Positions 21,501 through 31,528 are shown, counted from the first letter of the stretch. The stretch is 64,000 nt of DNA from Spirochaetia bacterium (GCA_963668315.1 OY764216.1:3904001-3968000); one strand, 5' to 3'. Notes: generated by a model from the letters alone, not told the origin. Translations and numbers: made by a program.

Positions 21501-21930
21501 TCAGGGTCCGGCTCAGAAGGTACTCGGGAGGGGGAAGCAGACTGGCGGCGGCCCTCAGAGAGGCCACGACAATCGATTTTCTTCCCGTACGGCACTCAGC
21601 CAGAGCCAGAACGCGGCGGCCGAATACGGCTGCCTGGGGGGAGACGCCCCGGTAAAGCATGGTTCCCCAGGAGGGGAAGTGGTACACATCTTCCTTATAA
21701 AGGGACAAATCCCTGACCATCTCCTCCGCTTCCTGATCGGTGGATGTCAGGACAAGGGAAAAATCCCGGGCGAAAGGACTGAGCGTCGCGGCAAGACCTG
21801 CGGAGAATGGTCCCTGCGATCCGGTGATATGGATGGGAAAAGAACCGGAGCAGAAGAGATTCTCCAGCTTCTTGTATTCGAAATTGCCTTTTATCCTTTT
21901 ATTAAGTTCATTAAGAAATAAACTAATCAT
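18529..21930 (-). CDS. mfd: Transcription-repair coupling factor
   Basis: UvrB-like N-terminus (GEFALRG), CarD-like domain (YVVHVNYGIG), GDVGFGKTEVA, DEEQRFG, QLRGRVGRS and TRCF C-terminus; start moved to ATG 21930. Confidence 0.97.
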   Translation of the reverse strand: MISLFLNELNKRIKGNFEYKKLENLFCSGSFPIHITGSQGPFSAGLAATLSPFARDFSLVLTSTDQEAEEMVRDLSLYKEDVYHFPSWGTMLYRGVSPQAAVFGRRVLALAECRTGRKSIVVASLRAAASLLPPPEYLLSRTLNIKTGQSIDPEEIAAELSRWGYLRVPRVSVAGEFALRGEVLDVYSPGRSAALRIVIDFDEVEEIRLFDPLNQSSVGKRESATIYPAREVLWEEELIGRLEKKMGEIGFDGEEFLTELRTSGEIRGEELFYPLCFEKNYTIFDYLGEKSAVYYINPELLKNSAQGLNQEYGELYKRARSEGLNYPSPDRIMADPLALVENPPARTLLLHSLMPEELSREELIQFQVTAGRSFFGNMNFFKEELTTLVEGGFQIYIFAESESQADRISFILKEFPVKIVSESISSGFSLPEEKLVCIQENEIFGRKKRIARSVKTVKSQVIDSFVDLNPGDYVVHVNYGIGRFLGIKRIKAAGNERDYISLEYQGEETVFIPIEQVNLVQRYIGSKGASPRLDKIGGSVWEKKRNNVKRKVEDIADRLIQLYAYRQESSGYAFPADNDFQVEFEAAFPYEETPDQLRAVEAIKGDMERPRPMDRLLCGDVGFGKTEVAMRAAFKSVIGGRQCCLVCPTTILCEQHYENFTERFKRFPIKIAMISRLVPKAEQKILLEGLAKGEIDLLIGTHRALSKDIKFKQLGLLIIDEEQRFGVKHKERLKEVKQDIDCLTLSATPIPRTLHMSLVKIRDLSLLETPPTNRKPVETFIQEFQPDLVARAIRREVERGGQVFFLHNRVESLEQTTLFLQELIPEVMIEMAHGQMTPRTLEDIMHRFIHGAFQVLVSTTIVENGIDIPNVNTIIIDRADMYGISQLYQLRGRVGRSGRLAYAYMLYPKDKPMTELAMKRLKIISDFTELGSGFKIAMKDLEVRGAGNLLGSEQSGEILAVGFDMYIRLLSEAIEARQKREEHEEQPPEVYLELDYSGFVPDSYITDPSEKMEVYKKIAAVSSEEELESFTAELFDRFGPMPDELQSLLSLSEIRIICRRLWISSLKERKGIATVTFSRVAKISVDKLMNLIGSAGGSVKLNPARPDALMLETGKIGLKEKSEFIRDRLNQLL

Positions 21931-21979
21931 GAAAACCTGCCGATAGAAATTGTAGAAGACTGATACACAGAGGTATGCA

Positions 21980-22936
21980 ATGAGAAAGAGGCGGGCCCTG
22001 ACTCTTTTATTAACATTAATGACATTTTCCCTTTTTGGCAATAACGAAGTGGAGATGAACATTCGATTTTTTGACAAGAACCTCTACTTTCCCGATAGCG
22101 ATATTCTTATCAAAGTCGAACTGAAAAACGAATCATCCGCACCCTACTCCTTCAAGATAGCCGATATCAAGGAGTATAACCTGCGTTTTTCCCTGAGGGA
22201 TATGAAGAACCGGACTCTGCCCCTGGCCGAGGAGTACACCGACTATTTCGTTTCTTCCAACCCCTATTTCTACCGCCAGGTGAACCTGGAACCGGGTGAG
22301 GAATTCGCCTTCGTGGTTAATCTGAGCGATTACATTGAGATTTCCGACGCGGGCCTCTACCTGATAGAGGCGAATTTCTATCCCGAACTCAACAACATGA
22401 TCGCCCCTTCCCCCCAGCATCTGGTTTCTAACAGGCTCTCCCTCTCGGTCAGGCCCTCCTACCGCAGGGACGATCCCCAGCTCATCATCGATGATGAAAC
22501 GGGCGTTATCCTCAAGGCGGAACAGCTGCCCCCCGACAGGGTCACCGAATACATGCTTTCCGCCCGGCAGAAGGACGAATGGGAAAAATTCTTTCTTTAC
22601 ATGGACATGGAATCCCTCCTGCTGAATAATCCCGTCAACGCCCGCGAGTACCAGCGGGTCACCGAAGAGGAGCGTTTCGCCCTCCTGGAATCCTATAAGG
22701 CCGATTTGAAAGAGGGAAATATTACCGAGCAGCAGACATTCGTGGACAAGCCTTTCAATTTCCAGGTGCTGCGTACCTCCTACACCCCGGACAAGGCGGA
22801 AGTCATGGTCAGGGAGTATTTCTCCTTCGAAAATTACGATTTCCAGGTGGTCAGAGACTATACCTACTACCTGAAGAGAACCGACGAGATATGGCGCATA
22901 TACGATTATGCGGTAACCAATATACGGACCGAATAG
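21980..22936 (+). CDS. Secreted hypothetical protein
   Basis: N-terminal signal peptide, GAGG SD, coding-like codon usage. Confidence 0.8.
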   Translation: MRKRRALTLLLTLMTFSLFGNNEVEMNIRFFDKNLYFPDSDILIKVELKNESSAPYSFKIADIKEYNLRFSLRDMKNRTLPLAEEYTDYFVSSNPYFYRQVNLEPGEEFAFVVNLSDYIEISDAGLYLIEANFYPELNNMIAPSPQHLVSNRLSLSVRPSYRRDDPQLIIDDETGVILKAEQLPPDRVTEYMLSARQKDEWEKFFLYMDMESLLLNNPVNAREYQRVTEEERFALLESYKADLKEGNITEQQTFVDKPFNFQVLRTSYTPDKAEVMVREYFSFENYDFQVVRDYTYYLKRTDEIWRIYDYAVTNIRTE

Positions 22937-22946
22937 AGGTGGTTAA

Positions 22947-23621
22947 ATGAAACTTTTACTGGTAGCCAGCGACGACAAAATAAAGGATTATCTTATCGGA
23001 TATTGCGATATTCACGGCGGCAGCGTCATCCATTATAAAACGCCCCTGAAGTCAATGGACAATTTTGATGAAATCGAACCGGATCTGGTGCTTTTCAGCG
23101 GGGTGGACTTTCCCCGTCACTGGAAGCTTGCCGCCCAGTCCCTCCGGGAAAAATGGAACCGCAAAAGGGTCCTCTTCGTCCTTCTCACAGAAAAGGACTT
23201 CCCTTCGGAAGAAGCGGATAAGGCCGCCTACCTCGGAGTAAACGCCCTCATAGCGTCGGAAGAACTGGTTCGGGGAAATTATAAACGCCTGGAATCTCTG
23301 GTCAGCCGCTACCGCCTCTCCCCCGAAAGAAGCGACGGCCCCGTATTCCATACCCTCAAAGTTCCCCGTCCTCTCATTTTCATGAATCCCTCGAACCTTC
23401 AGTTCATAGCGGGGAAGGTGGAAAGGGAGCTGATGAACCGGCTGCTGTTCTACCCTGCCGAACCGGCCGCCGTGGGAGCCCTTGAACCGGGAACGCTTCT
23501 TCGCAACTGCTCCATGGAGAGGGAGGACGGTATAGAGACCTTCGATGCGGAAATCAAAAAAACGGGAGAGTGCCTGGAACTGGAAATTCTCCAGGCAAAA
23601 GAGATGAAAGGTATTGCCTGA
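22947..23621 (+). CDS. Degenerate receiver-like N-terminus plus PilZ-like beta C-terminus
   Basis: MKLLLV...EPDLVLFS...FPRHWK gives a REC-like pattern with no phospho-Asp; beta-rich C-terminus; domain call tentative. Confidence 0.55.
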   Translation: MKLLLVASDDKIKDYLIGYCDIHGGSVIHYKTPLKSMDNFDEIEPDLVLFSGVDFPRHWKLAAQSLREKWNRKRVLFVLLTEKDFPSEEADKAAYLGVNALIASEELVRGNYKRLESLVSRYRLSPERSDGPVFHTLKVPRPLIFMNPSNLQFIAGKVERELMNRLLFYPAEPAAVGALEPGTLLRNCSMEREDGIETFDAEIKKTGECLELEILQAKEMKGIA

Positions 23622-23660
23622 TCGGTCGGTTTATATTATCATATCATTATATGTTAATGT
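23614..23660 (+). promoter_or_regulatory. metK promoter with candidate operator
   Basis: TTGCCT, 17 nt, TATCAT (23614-23642), overlapped by the imperfect palindrome ATATCATTATATGTTAATGT (23641-23660). Confidence 0.55.
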
Positions 23661-23717
23661 TTACTAAGCCGATCATGCTCCTCCCCGGGAGACTGATTCC
23701 GGTTTCAGGAGGATAAA

Positions 23718-24878
23718 ATGTCAGAAAGACTGAATTACACCTTTACCAGCGAGAGCGTGGGCGAAGGTCATCCCGATAAGGTTTGCGACCTGATCTCAGA
23801 CGCCATTCTCGATGCCGCTCTTACCCAGGATAAAAATACCCGTTCGGGCTGCGAATGCTTCGCCTCGACCGGAATGATCCTGGTAGGCGGCGAAATCACC
23901 ACGAAATCCTACGTGGATATCATAAAAGTTGCCCGGGATACCCTGGAAGAGATAGGATATAACGATCCCATGTACGGTATCGACTGTTACTCCTGTTCCG
24001 TCATGTCCGTGATCAATCCCCAGTCCCCCGACATATCCCAGGGCGTTACCGAGGGACTCGGCCTCCACAAGGAACAGGGAGCCGGGGACCAGGGAATGAT
24101 GTTCGGCTACGCCTGCAAGGAAACCCCCGAGCTGATGCCCGCCCCCATCCAGTACTCCCATAAAATCATGAGGAAGGCCGCGGAAGTAAGAAAAGGCAAA
24201 GTTCTGGATTTCCTCCGCCCCGACGGGAAGTGCCAGGTAACCGTGGATTACCGTGACGGCAAACCTTCCCATATCTCGACTGTCGTTCTCTCCCATCAGC
24301 ATGACGACGGCGTTCCCTACGACCGGATCAGGGAGGGTATGATCGAGGAGATTATCAAAAAGGCCCTGCCCGCCGAACTCCTCTCCTCCGATACGATTTA
24401 CCACATCAATCCCACGGGTCGTTTCGTCGTGGGCGGCCCCCAGGGCGATGCGGGTCTTACGGGAAGAAAAATTATCGTGGATACCTACGGCGGTGCCGCA
24501 GCCCACGGCGGCGGCGCATTCTCCGGTAAGGATCCCTCCAAAGTGGACCGTTCCGCCGCCTATATGGCACGCTACATTGCCAAGAACATTGTCGCCGCCG
24601 ATCTGGCCGATAAGTGTGAAGTGGAACTGGCCTATGCCATCGGTGTCGCCGAACCGGTTTCTGTCTATGTAAATACCTACGGCACGGGCAAAACCGACGG
24701 CGCCGCCCTTGAGAAAGCCGTAAGGGAAGTGTTCAGCCTTACCCCCAAGGGAATCATAACCACCCTCGACCTTCTCAGGCCTATCTATAAGGAAACGGCC
24801 GCCTACGGACACTTCGGCAGGGAACAGTTCCCCTGGGAGAAAACTGATAAAGCGGAGGCTTTGAAAAAAGTCCTCTAA
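23718..24878 (+). CDS. metK: S-adenosylmethionine synthetase
   Basis: [19 protein letters not shown] and [16 protein letters not shown] motifs. Confidence 0.99.
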   Translation: MSERLNYTFTSESVGEGHPDKVCDLISDAILDAALTQDKNTRSGCECFASTGMILVGGEITTKSYVDIIKVARDTLEEIGYNDPMYGIDCYSCSVMSVINPQSPDISQGVTEGLGLHKEQGAGDQGMMFGYACKETPELMPAPIQYSHKIMRKAAEVRKGKVLDFLRPDGKCQVTVDYRDGKPSHISTVVLSHQHDDGVPYDRIREGMIEEIIKKALPAELLSSDTIYHINPTGRFVVGGPQGDAGLTGRKIIVDTYGGAAAHGGGAFSGKDPSKVDRSAAYMARYIAKNIVAADLADKCEVELAYAIGVAEPVSVYVNTYGTGKTDGAALEKAVREVFSLTPKGIITTLDLLRPIYKETAAYGHFGREQFPWEKTDKAEALKKVL

Positions 24879-24895
24879 AGAGCTATAATAGCTGA

Positions 24896-26905
24896 ATGGA
24901 TGAAACGAAAAGATCACTCATTCTTCTGGTAGATGACAGCACGGAAAATCTTGACTTTCTGAACGGGGCCCTGCAGTATGACTATGACGTCATCATAGCC
25001 CGTGACGGGGGTCAGGCTCTCCGTGTCGTCAGCCGCAGAATACCCGATCTTATCTTACTTGACATTGTGATGCCCCAGATGGACGGCTATGAAGTCTGTT
25101 CGGAACTGAAAAGCCGTCCCGAAACCATGAATATACCGGTTATTTTCCTTACGGGCCTGGCCAATCAACTCGATAAGAGCCGCGGATTCAACCTGGGCGC
25201 GGCCGATTATATCACCAAACCTTTCAATATCGTTGAAGTGAAAGCCCGGGTGAAAAATCAGCTTCTGATAAATAAGGCCCGCCATCTTCTGGAACAGCAG
25301 AACAAGCAGCTGGAATCGGAAGTGACCAAGCGCACCCTCCTTCTCGATGAAGCCCGGGTAAACCTGGAAGCCACGGAGGATAAGTTCCGGACTCTCTTCC
25401 GAAGAAGCGTCAACGCCATAGCCTTCTGCAATCCCCTTTTTGACGAGAAGGGGAAACTTGTGGATTTCATTTACCAGGACGTCAATTCCAATTTTGAGAT
25501 CATAGCTTCCCGCAGCAGATCCTCACTCGTGGGGAAGAGGGAATCGGAAGTTTTCGATTATGTTGATCCCCTCTGGCTTGAAACTCTTCGGGAAGCGGTT
25601 ACGGAAAATGTGGACAGCCTTTTCGAGCTTTATCACAGCGGCATGGACAAATACATCTTCGGCTCCTCCTTCAACATCACCCACGACGGCCATACCTTCG
25701 CCATCGTGCTTAACGACATCACCGAACGTACCAGATACCAGAACCAGCTGATGCAGGCGAAAGATCAGGCAGAAGAGAGCGACAGGCTCAAATCGGCATT
25801 CCTGACCAATATTTCCCACGAAATACGCACCCCCCTGAACGGGATCATCGGCTTTTCCCAGCTTATGAAGCAGGAGAATATCACCTACGCCACAAAGGAG
25901 CACTATATCAAAATCATCGAGAAGTGCTCCCGTAATCTGATTTCGGTAATAGACGAAATTATCGAGTTCTCCCATATCGAGAGCAGCAGCAACACCCTGG
26001 ACTATACCCGGATCAACCTGAACCGTTTCATGGAAAACCGGCTGGCCGCCATTACCGAGGAGCGTGACAGAACCGGGAAGGGAGATGTGGAGATTCTTTC
26101 ACAGTTTGCCTATGAAGACGGCAAGGATATTTTCGTGACCGACAGGGACAGGCTCAAGCGCATTATCGACAGCATACTCTCCAACGCCCTCAAATATACC
26201 GACCGGGGTTTTATCAAGGCCGGCTACCGCATCAACAAAAAGAAAAACACCCTGACAATCTATATCAGGGATACGGGACGGGGCATCAGCCCCCAGAAAA
26301 AGCAGATTATCTTTAAAAGCTTCCGTCAGGTGGAGGAAGGCTACTCCCGTGAATACGGCGGAATCGGCCTGGGGCTGGCCATAAGCAAGAAGGTGACCGG
26401 GCAGCTGGGGGGCGACATAACCGTGAACTCCCGCCTGGGGAAGGGTTCCACCTTTTCTGTTGTCCTTCCCTACCGCACGGGCCTGGAGGATGAGGAGAAG
26501 AGACCCTATACCCGGCTGACCGAGAACAGCGATATCCTCAGAAACAGGCTGGGCCTCATCGTGGACAAAAACAAATTCTCCAGCGAGACCCTGGGCAGAC
26601 TGCTCAAGCTCAAGGAGATGAACTGGATGATCGCCTCCGACCTGGAGGATACCCGGACGATCTGCCGGAACAATCCCGAGATAGACGTGGTCCTCATAAA
26701 CAGGGAGAATATAGAGGGGGATATCTCCGAAGTCCCCTCCATCATCCGCTCCTTCCACAAGAATATCACCTGTCTTCTTCTGGGAAAACCGCTGCTCCTT
26801 TCAGAAAAAGAGCAGTATCTTTCCTGGGGATTTAATGATATTATCACCCGTCCCATTGAACCGGAACAGCTTTACCGTTCCCTTATTGAAAACCTTAAGG
26901 ACTAG
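24896..26905 (+). CDS. Cytoplasmic hybrid histidine kinase (REC-PAS-HisKA-HATPase-degenerate REC)
   Basis: LLVDD...LLDIVMP...KP receiver; SHEIRTPLN; SNALKYT, DTGRGI and GIGLGL; the C-terminal REC lacks the acceptor Asp. Confidence 0.92.
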   Translation: MDETKRSLILLVDDSTENLDFLNGALQYDYDVIIARDGGQALRVVSRRIPDLILLDIVMPQMDGYEVCSELKSRPETMNIPVIFLTGLANQLDKSRGFNLGAADYITKPFNIVEVKARVKNQLLINKARHLLEQQNKQLESEVTKRTLLLDEARVNLEATEDKFRTLFRRSVNAIAFCNPLFDEKGKLVDFIYQDVNSNFEIIASRSRSSLVGKRESEVFDYVDPLWLETLREAVTENVDSLFELYHSGMDKYIFGSSFNITHDGHTFAIVLNDITERTRYQNQLMQAKDQAEESDRLKSAFLTNISHEIRTPLNGIIGFSQLMKQENITYATKEHYIKIIEKCSRNLISVIDEIIEFSHIESSSNTLDYTRINLNRFMENRLAAITEERDRTGKGDVEILSQFAYEDGKDIFVTDRDRLKRIIDSILSNALKYTDRGFIKAGYRINKKKNTLTIYIRDTGRGISPQKKQIIFKSFRQVEEGYSREYGGIGLGLAISKKVTGQLGGDITVNSRLGKGSTFSVVLPYRTGLEDEEKRPYTRLTENSDILRNRLGLIVDKNKFSSETLGRLLKLKEMNWMIASDLEDTRTICRNNPEIDVVLINRENIEGDISEVPSIIRSFHKNITCLLLGKPLLLSEKEQYLSWGFNDIITRPIEPEQLYRSLIENLKD

Positions 26906-26908
26906 AAC

Positions 26909-27844
26909 ATGCCGCAGAGTGAAGAAAGAAACAGCCGCATACAGCGCGCCTCCTGGGTAGGAATCGTAGGAAACGGCCTCCTCAGCTTACTGAAAATAAG
27001 TGTGGGACTGTTTTCCCGCTCCCTCGCTCTCGTGGGCGACGGCATTGACTCTTTCTCCGACATCGTAACGTCGGTGATCTCCCTCTTTGCGGCGAAGATC
27101 ATGGACGAGCCGCCGGACCGGAAGCACCCCTGGGGTCACGGCAGGGCGGAGACCATAGCGACCCGTCTAATTGGCTTTGCCATGCTCACCGCCGGGTTCC
27201 AGCTGTTGCTGACCACTTTACGCCAGCTGGCCTCGAAAGAAGCGGCCCAGATACCCGGTAAAACGGCCCTGGTTGCCGCCCTCATTTCCATCGTTTTGAA
27301 AACTTTCCTGGCCCTTTACAAAGGCCGTCTGGGAAAGAAACTGGAAAGCACCCTTCTTATCGCCGACGCCCAGAACATGCGGAACGATGTGTTTCTCTCC
27401 CTGGGAGTTCTCTTCGGCATAACCCTGTGCTACATTACGGGAAATCCCCTCTTCGACAAGCTAATCGCCCTGGCCCTTTCCCTGTATATCATGGGATCGG
27501 CCCTCAAGATTTTCTGGGAATCCGGTTCGGAACTGATGGACGGCATGGAAGACCCGGAGACCTATAAAATACTCTTCGAGGCTGTAAAATCCGTTAAGGG
27601 TGCGTCCAATCCCCACCGCTGCCGTATCCGCAAAATCAACACCCTGTACGATATAGATCTCGATATTGAGGTTAGAGGGGATATTACCGTCATTGAGTCC
27701 CACCACATCGCCCATGAGGTTGAGGAAAATATCCGCCGACAGCTTCCCCGGATTTTTGATATTATGGTCCATGTAGAACCGGCAGGAACAAGCCGTGAGA
27801 ATGAGCAGTTCGGTCTGTCGCCCCAGGGACTTGAAGAAAATTAG
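26909..27844 (+). CDS. Cation diffusion facilitator (FieF-like)
   Basis: SLALVGDGIDSFSD, HPWGHGRAE and MVHVEP motifs. Confidence 0.92.
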   Translation: MPQSEERNSRIQRASWVGIVGNGLLSLLKISVGLFSRSLALVGDGIDSFSDIVTSVISLFAAKIMDEPPDRKHPWGHGRAETIATRLIGFAMLTAGFQLLLTTLRQLASKEAAQIPGKTALVAALISIVLKTFLALYKGRLGKKLESTLLIADAQNMRNDVFLSLGVLFGITLCYITGNPLFDKLIALALSLYIMGSALKIFWESGSELMDGMEDPETYKILFEAVKSVKGASNPHRCRIRKINTLYDIDLDIEVRGDITVIESHHIAHEVEENIRRQLPRIFDIMVHVEPAGTSRENEQFGLSPQGLEEN

Positions 27845-27919
27845 GATATTGGGGTTTACACTTCTCCGATAATCTGTTATCTTCTTGTCTGCTATATAGT
27901 ATTAGATTGAGGTATTGTT

Positions 27920-28147
27920 ATGTCCAGAAAATGTGATATTTGTGGAAAAGGGACAATTGCAGGAAACAGCGTTCCCCGTAAGGGTCTCCCTAAGAAGAAG
28001 GGCGGTGCCGGTCAGCATATAGGGGTTAAAAGCAAGAGAGTGTTCAAGCCCAATCTTGTTAAAATCAAAGCTATCGTCGATGGCAGCCCTAAGTCTATGA
28101 AGATTTGTACCCGTTGCCTTAAGTCTAACAAGGTTCAGAAAGCCTAG
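27920..28147 (+). CDS. rpmB: 50S ribosomal protein L28 (Zn-ribbon type)
   Basis: MSRKCDICGK...KRVFKPNL...ICTRCLKS. Confidence 0.97.
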   Translation: MSRKCDICGKGTIAGNSVPRKGLPKKKGGAGQHIGVKSKRVFKPNLVKIKAIVDGSPKSMKICTRCLKSNKVQKA

Positions 28148-28148
28148 T

Positions 28149-28904
28149 TTAGATGACAAAGGAGAGCCCGTCATAGGCGGGCTTGATATGACCGGGAAGT
28201 TCGCTTTCCAGCGTATCGTGATCCACATCGTGACAGATGTGCGTTAACCAGGCCCTTTCAGGGCCTGTTTTTTTTATAACGTCGCAGGCTTCGTTTATGG
28301 TGAAATGGGTTTCGTGTGGTTCATAGCGCAGTCCCCCCAGAATCATGGCGCGGCACCCTTCCATTAGGGCGAGGCTCTCCCCGGGAATGCGGCTGCAGTC
28401 TGTTATATAGATAAAATCTCCGAAACGGTAACCGAAGATGGGAATAATGCCGTGAAATACAGGAATAGGTGTGACTTTCACTCCGAGGAGGCGGAAGGGC
28501 TCCCTGACGGGAACGGTTTTCAGCTTCGGTTTACCCCCGCCCCTCTGACGTGTTTCGCCGAAGATATAGGGGAAGCGGCTCTCGATCTCATCAAGAACGT
28601 CGGCCGGGCCGTAGAGGGGAAGATCCCTCTCCAGGGAAAAAGCCCTCAGATCGTCAATGCCGTGAAGATGATCGGCATGGGCATGGGTATAGAGAACGGC
28701 ATCGACGGAACCGGTTCCCTCGCGGAGAAGCTGATAGCGGAGATCGGGAGACGTATCCACGAGAAGTCTGCCCTGAGCGGTTTCGACAAGGAGGGAAGAG
28801 CGCGTTCTTTTGTTCTTCCGGTCCTTCGAACGGCAGACGGGACAGGTACAGCCTAGAGCCGGAACACCGGAGGATGTACCTGAGCCAAGTACGGTAATTT
28901 TCAT
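28149..28904 (-). CDS. MBL-fold metallo-hydrolase (PhnP/YcfH-like)
   Basis: LGSGTSSGVP, CTCPVC, THAHADHLHG and AYDGL motifs. Confidence 0.93.
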   Translation of the reverse strand: MKITVLGSGTSSGVPALGCTCPVCRSKDRKNKRTRSSLLVETAQGRLLVDTSPDLRYQLLREGTGSVDAVLYTHAHADHLHGIDDLRAFSLERDLPLYGPADVLDEIESRFPYIFGETRQRGGGKPKLKTVPVREPFRLLGVKVTPIPVFHGIIPIFGYRFGDFIYITDCSRIPGESLALMEGCRAMILGGLRYEPHETHFTINEACDVIKKTGPERAWLTHICHDVDHDTLESELPGHIKPAYDGLSFVI

Positions 28905-28959
28905 GAATTGATAGTACAACAGCTTGTAACTGAGTGTAAAGGAGCGTTAAGATAGAGCA

Positions 28960-31176
28960 ATGAAAAAGACGGAATTGCTGGCCCCTGCGGGCAACCTGGC
29001 CTGCGCTTTGGCAGCCTACGATAACGGAGCGGATGCGGTTTATGCCGGTCTGGGCCGATTCAATGCCCGGGAAATGGGCGAAAATTTTGATTTTGACGAT
29101 ATGTCCCGCCTTTCGGCCCGGGCGAAACAGCTGGGCAGGAAATTTTATATAACCCTGAATACCCTCATTAAAGAGAGTGAAATGGAACAGGTGACGGAAA
29201 GCGCCGCCTCCCTGGTCGAACTGGAGCCGGATGCCTTTATCATTCAGGATACCGGTGTGGGCCGCATGCTCAGGACCTGCTTTCCCGGCGTCACCATCCA
29301 CGGGTCAACCCAGATGGGGATCCATAACCTGCCGGGAGTGGAACTGGCCGAGGAAATGGGTATCAGCCGGGTGATTCTGGAACGTCAGGTCACTCTGGAA
29401 GAGCTTGAGAAAATCGTCAAGGGAAGCCCCCTGGAAATTGAGGTATTCATTCACGGAGCCCTCTGCTGCTCCCTCTCGGGAAGCTGTCTCTTTTCCAGCA
29501 CCATGGGTGGCTGGAGCGGCAACAGGGGACGGTGCAAGCAGCCCTGCCGACGGCGTTACCACGGTTCTGTCGACGGCAAGAAGACCAGCGGCTTTTTCTT
29601 TTCCACCCAGGATTTATACTCCCTCGACTTGATTCCCCGCTACCGGGACATGGGAATTGCCTCTCTGAAGATAGAAGGGCGCCTCAAAAAGCCCGATTAT
29701 GTGAAGAAAACCGTACAGGCCTACCGTATGATGCTTGATTCCTCGGAAGCGGACCAGGGAGAGAACCTCAAAAAGGCCAAGGCCATACTGGCCGGTTCCT
29801 ACGGCCGTAAATGGTCCCACGGCTTCAGTACCGAAGAGGACCTCAAGACGGTGATTTCCCACAAAAGCATGGGGGTTTCCGGCCTTCTCGTGGGCGAGGT
29901 AAACCGGGTGGACAAGGATTCCGTAAAAGTCCGCTTTTCCCGGACAGTCCGCCTCGGAGACAGACTGCGCATACAGAACCGCTCCGGCGATGAGGGGCCT
30001 GCCTTTACGGTTACAAAGATGTTCATCGGCGGAAAATATGCCAAACAGAGCGAAAAGGGGCGGGAAGTATCCCTCCCCTGGGACAGAGAGGAAGACGCCA
30101 CCTGCGGCATCGTTTACCGTATCGGCGAAAGCACCACTTATAACCGGGGGGAAAAACTCCCCCTCTTTCAGGCCCGCCGGAAAGCGGACGTGAAGATAAC
30201 CCTCTCCTCCCATGAGATTTCCCTCTCCTCATCGAGGTTGAAAAAGGACCGCCGTTTCGTCAGGGAACTGAATCTGGAAGAAGCGGAAAACCGCCCTCTC
30301 ACCGAAGAGGCACTGGCGGAGGCCTTCCGTGCCACCCGTTCAGATGAGTGGCAGGCCGGCCGCATCGATGTGGATCTGAAGGGAAAACTCTTTTTCCCCG
30401 CGGGTCAGCTTAAACAGATCAGACGGGATTTCTGGGAATGGATAGTGCCCCTTCTTGAAGAGGAGTCCGTTCCGGAAGATACGCGCTATTGGGAAAAGAT
30501 ACTGCGCGACAAGGCTCCCTCTCCTTACAAGGGGAACTCAGGGGAGGACCGGATTTACAGCCTGACAGGTTCACTTCCCCGCAATACGGTGGAAGTGAAA
30601 GGGATCTTTGACACGTACAGCAAAAAGAATGAACTGATTCTTCCCGATTTCTGCTCACAGCAGGATCTTCCCCGTCTGATAAAAGCCGTAGAGCGGGCCG
30701 TGGAAAAGGGAGTGAAAAAATTCCGCATAACCTCCCTCTACCAGCTGCGTCTTCTGGAAAAATACAAGGGCCTCGAGTTAACCGGCTCCTATCCCCTCCC
30801 CACCACCAACAGCTGGGCTGCCGTTGAATTAAGCCGCTTCGGCCTTAACCGCGTACAGGGATGGATAGAACTGGAGGAGAAATCCCTCAAGCAGTTTGTG
30901 AAAAGTTCTCCCCTTCCCGTGGAGATTTACCGCTCCGGCCGTCCCGCCCTGCTCTCCACAAGGGCGACCATACCGGCCCTGGGAGAGATTAATGACTCCC
31001 GGGGGAAAAGTTTCCGGGTTGAACAGGAGGGCGGTCTCTTCCGTGTCTACGGCTCCCAGGTAACGGCCTTCCCCGGACAGGCCGGTTGTTCGAGCTATTT
31101 TGACAATAGCCATACATCGGCAAAGGACATGGACAGAGAGACGGATAACCTTAACTGGGACAGGGATCTATTGTAA
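28960..31176 (+). CDS. U32 family protein with C-terminal extension (RlhA-like RNA hydroxylase candidate)
   Basis: ELLAPAG, EVFIHGALCCSLSGSC, NRGRCKQPCR and KIEGR motifs; 738 aa. Confidence 0.88.
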   Translation: MKKTELLAPAGNLACALAAYDNGADAVYAGLGRFNAREMGENFDFDDMSRLSARAKQLGRKFYITLNTLIKESEMEQVTESAASLVELEPDAFIIQDTGVGRMLRTCFPGVTIHGSTQMGIHNLPGVELAEEMGISRVILERQVTLEELEKIVKGSPLEIEVFIHGALCCSLSGSCLFSSTMGGWSGNRGRCKQPCRRRYHGSVDGKKTSGFFFSTQDLYSLDLIPRYRDMGIASLKIEGRLKKPDYVKKTVQAYRMMLDSSEADQGENLKKAKAILAGSYGRKWSHGFSTEEDLKTVISHKSMGVSGLLVGEVNRVDKDSVKVRFSRTVRLGDRLRIQNRSGDEGPAFTVTKMFIGGKYAKQSEKGREVSLPWDREEDATCGIVYRIGESTTYNRGEKLPLFQARRKADVKITLSSHEISLSSSRLKKDRRFVRELNLEEAENRPLTEEALAEAFRATRSDEWQAGRIDVDLKGKLFFPAGQLKQIRRDFWEWIVPLLEEESVPEDTRYWEKILRDKAPSPYKGNSGEDRIYSLTGSLPRNTVEVKGIFDTYSKKNELILPDFCSQQDLPRLIKAVERAVEKGVKKFRITSLYQLRLLEKYKGLELTGSYPLPTTNSWAAVELSRFGLNRVQGWIELEEKSLKQFVKSSPLPVEIYRSGRPALLSTRATIPALGEINDSRGKSFRVEQEGGLFRVYGSQVTAFPGQAGCSSYFDNSHTSAKDMDRETDNLNWDRDLL

Positions 31177-31180
31177 TTTT

Positions 31181-31528
31181 TTATTCCAGATGGAATGCTC
31201 TATCCAGAAAGCGATAGAGCATATCCGTCAAATCCTGAAGATGCCGTACGGGCATGATATTTATTCCCAAGGCCGATTTGAGGTAGTAAAGAAGAAGGAA
31301 GAGGACAATAAGAAAAGGAAAAAGCAGAAATAAGGCCGATATGGTATTATTGACCTTCCGGATTTTATAACGCCGTTCCGCTTCAATTTTCTGTGTTTCC
31401 TGCCTTGTATCGCGGCCAATGAGAATAACAAAGTAATAACGGCGGAAAAAAAGGGGAATTGTGCCGCGGACATCAATCCTATGGGCTCTTTTCTCCTTGA
31501 TCCGATGAGTGCGTCTCTCCCTTTCCAT
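31181..31528 (-). CDS. Small membrane protein of unknown function
   Basis: IDVRGTIPLFFRRYYFVILIGRD, one TM span, YLKSALGINI; upstream promoter-like boxes. Confidence 0.7.
   Translation of the reverse strand: MERERRTHRIKEKRAHRIDVRGTIPLFFRRYYFVILIGRDTRQETQKIEAERRYKIRKVNNTISALFLLFPFLIVLFLLLYYLKSALGINIMPVRHLQDLTDMLYRFLDRAFHLE

Noticed and set aside
12222..21921. Long antisense ORFs (12545-14218, 14528-16234, 18982-21921) and alternate-frame ORF 18302-20005
   Set aside because: They shadow the activase and mfd genes, are explained by high GC at third codon positions, and show no protein motifs.
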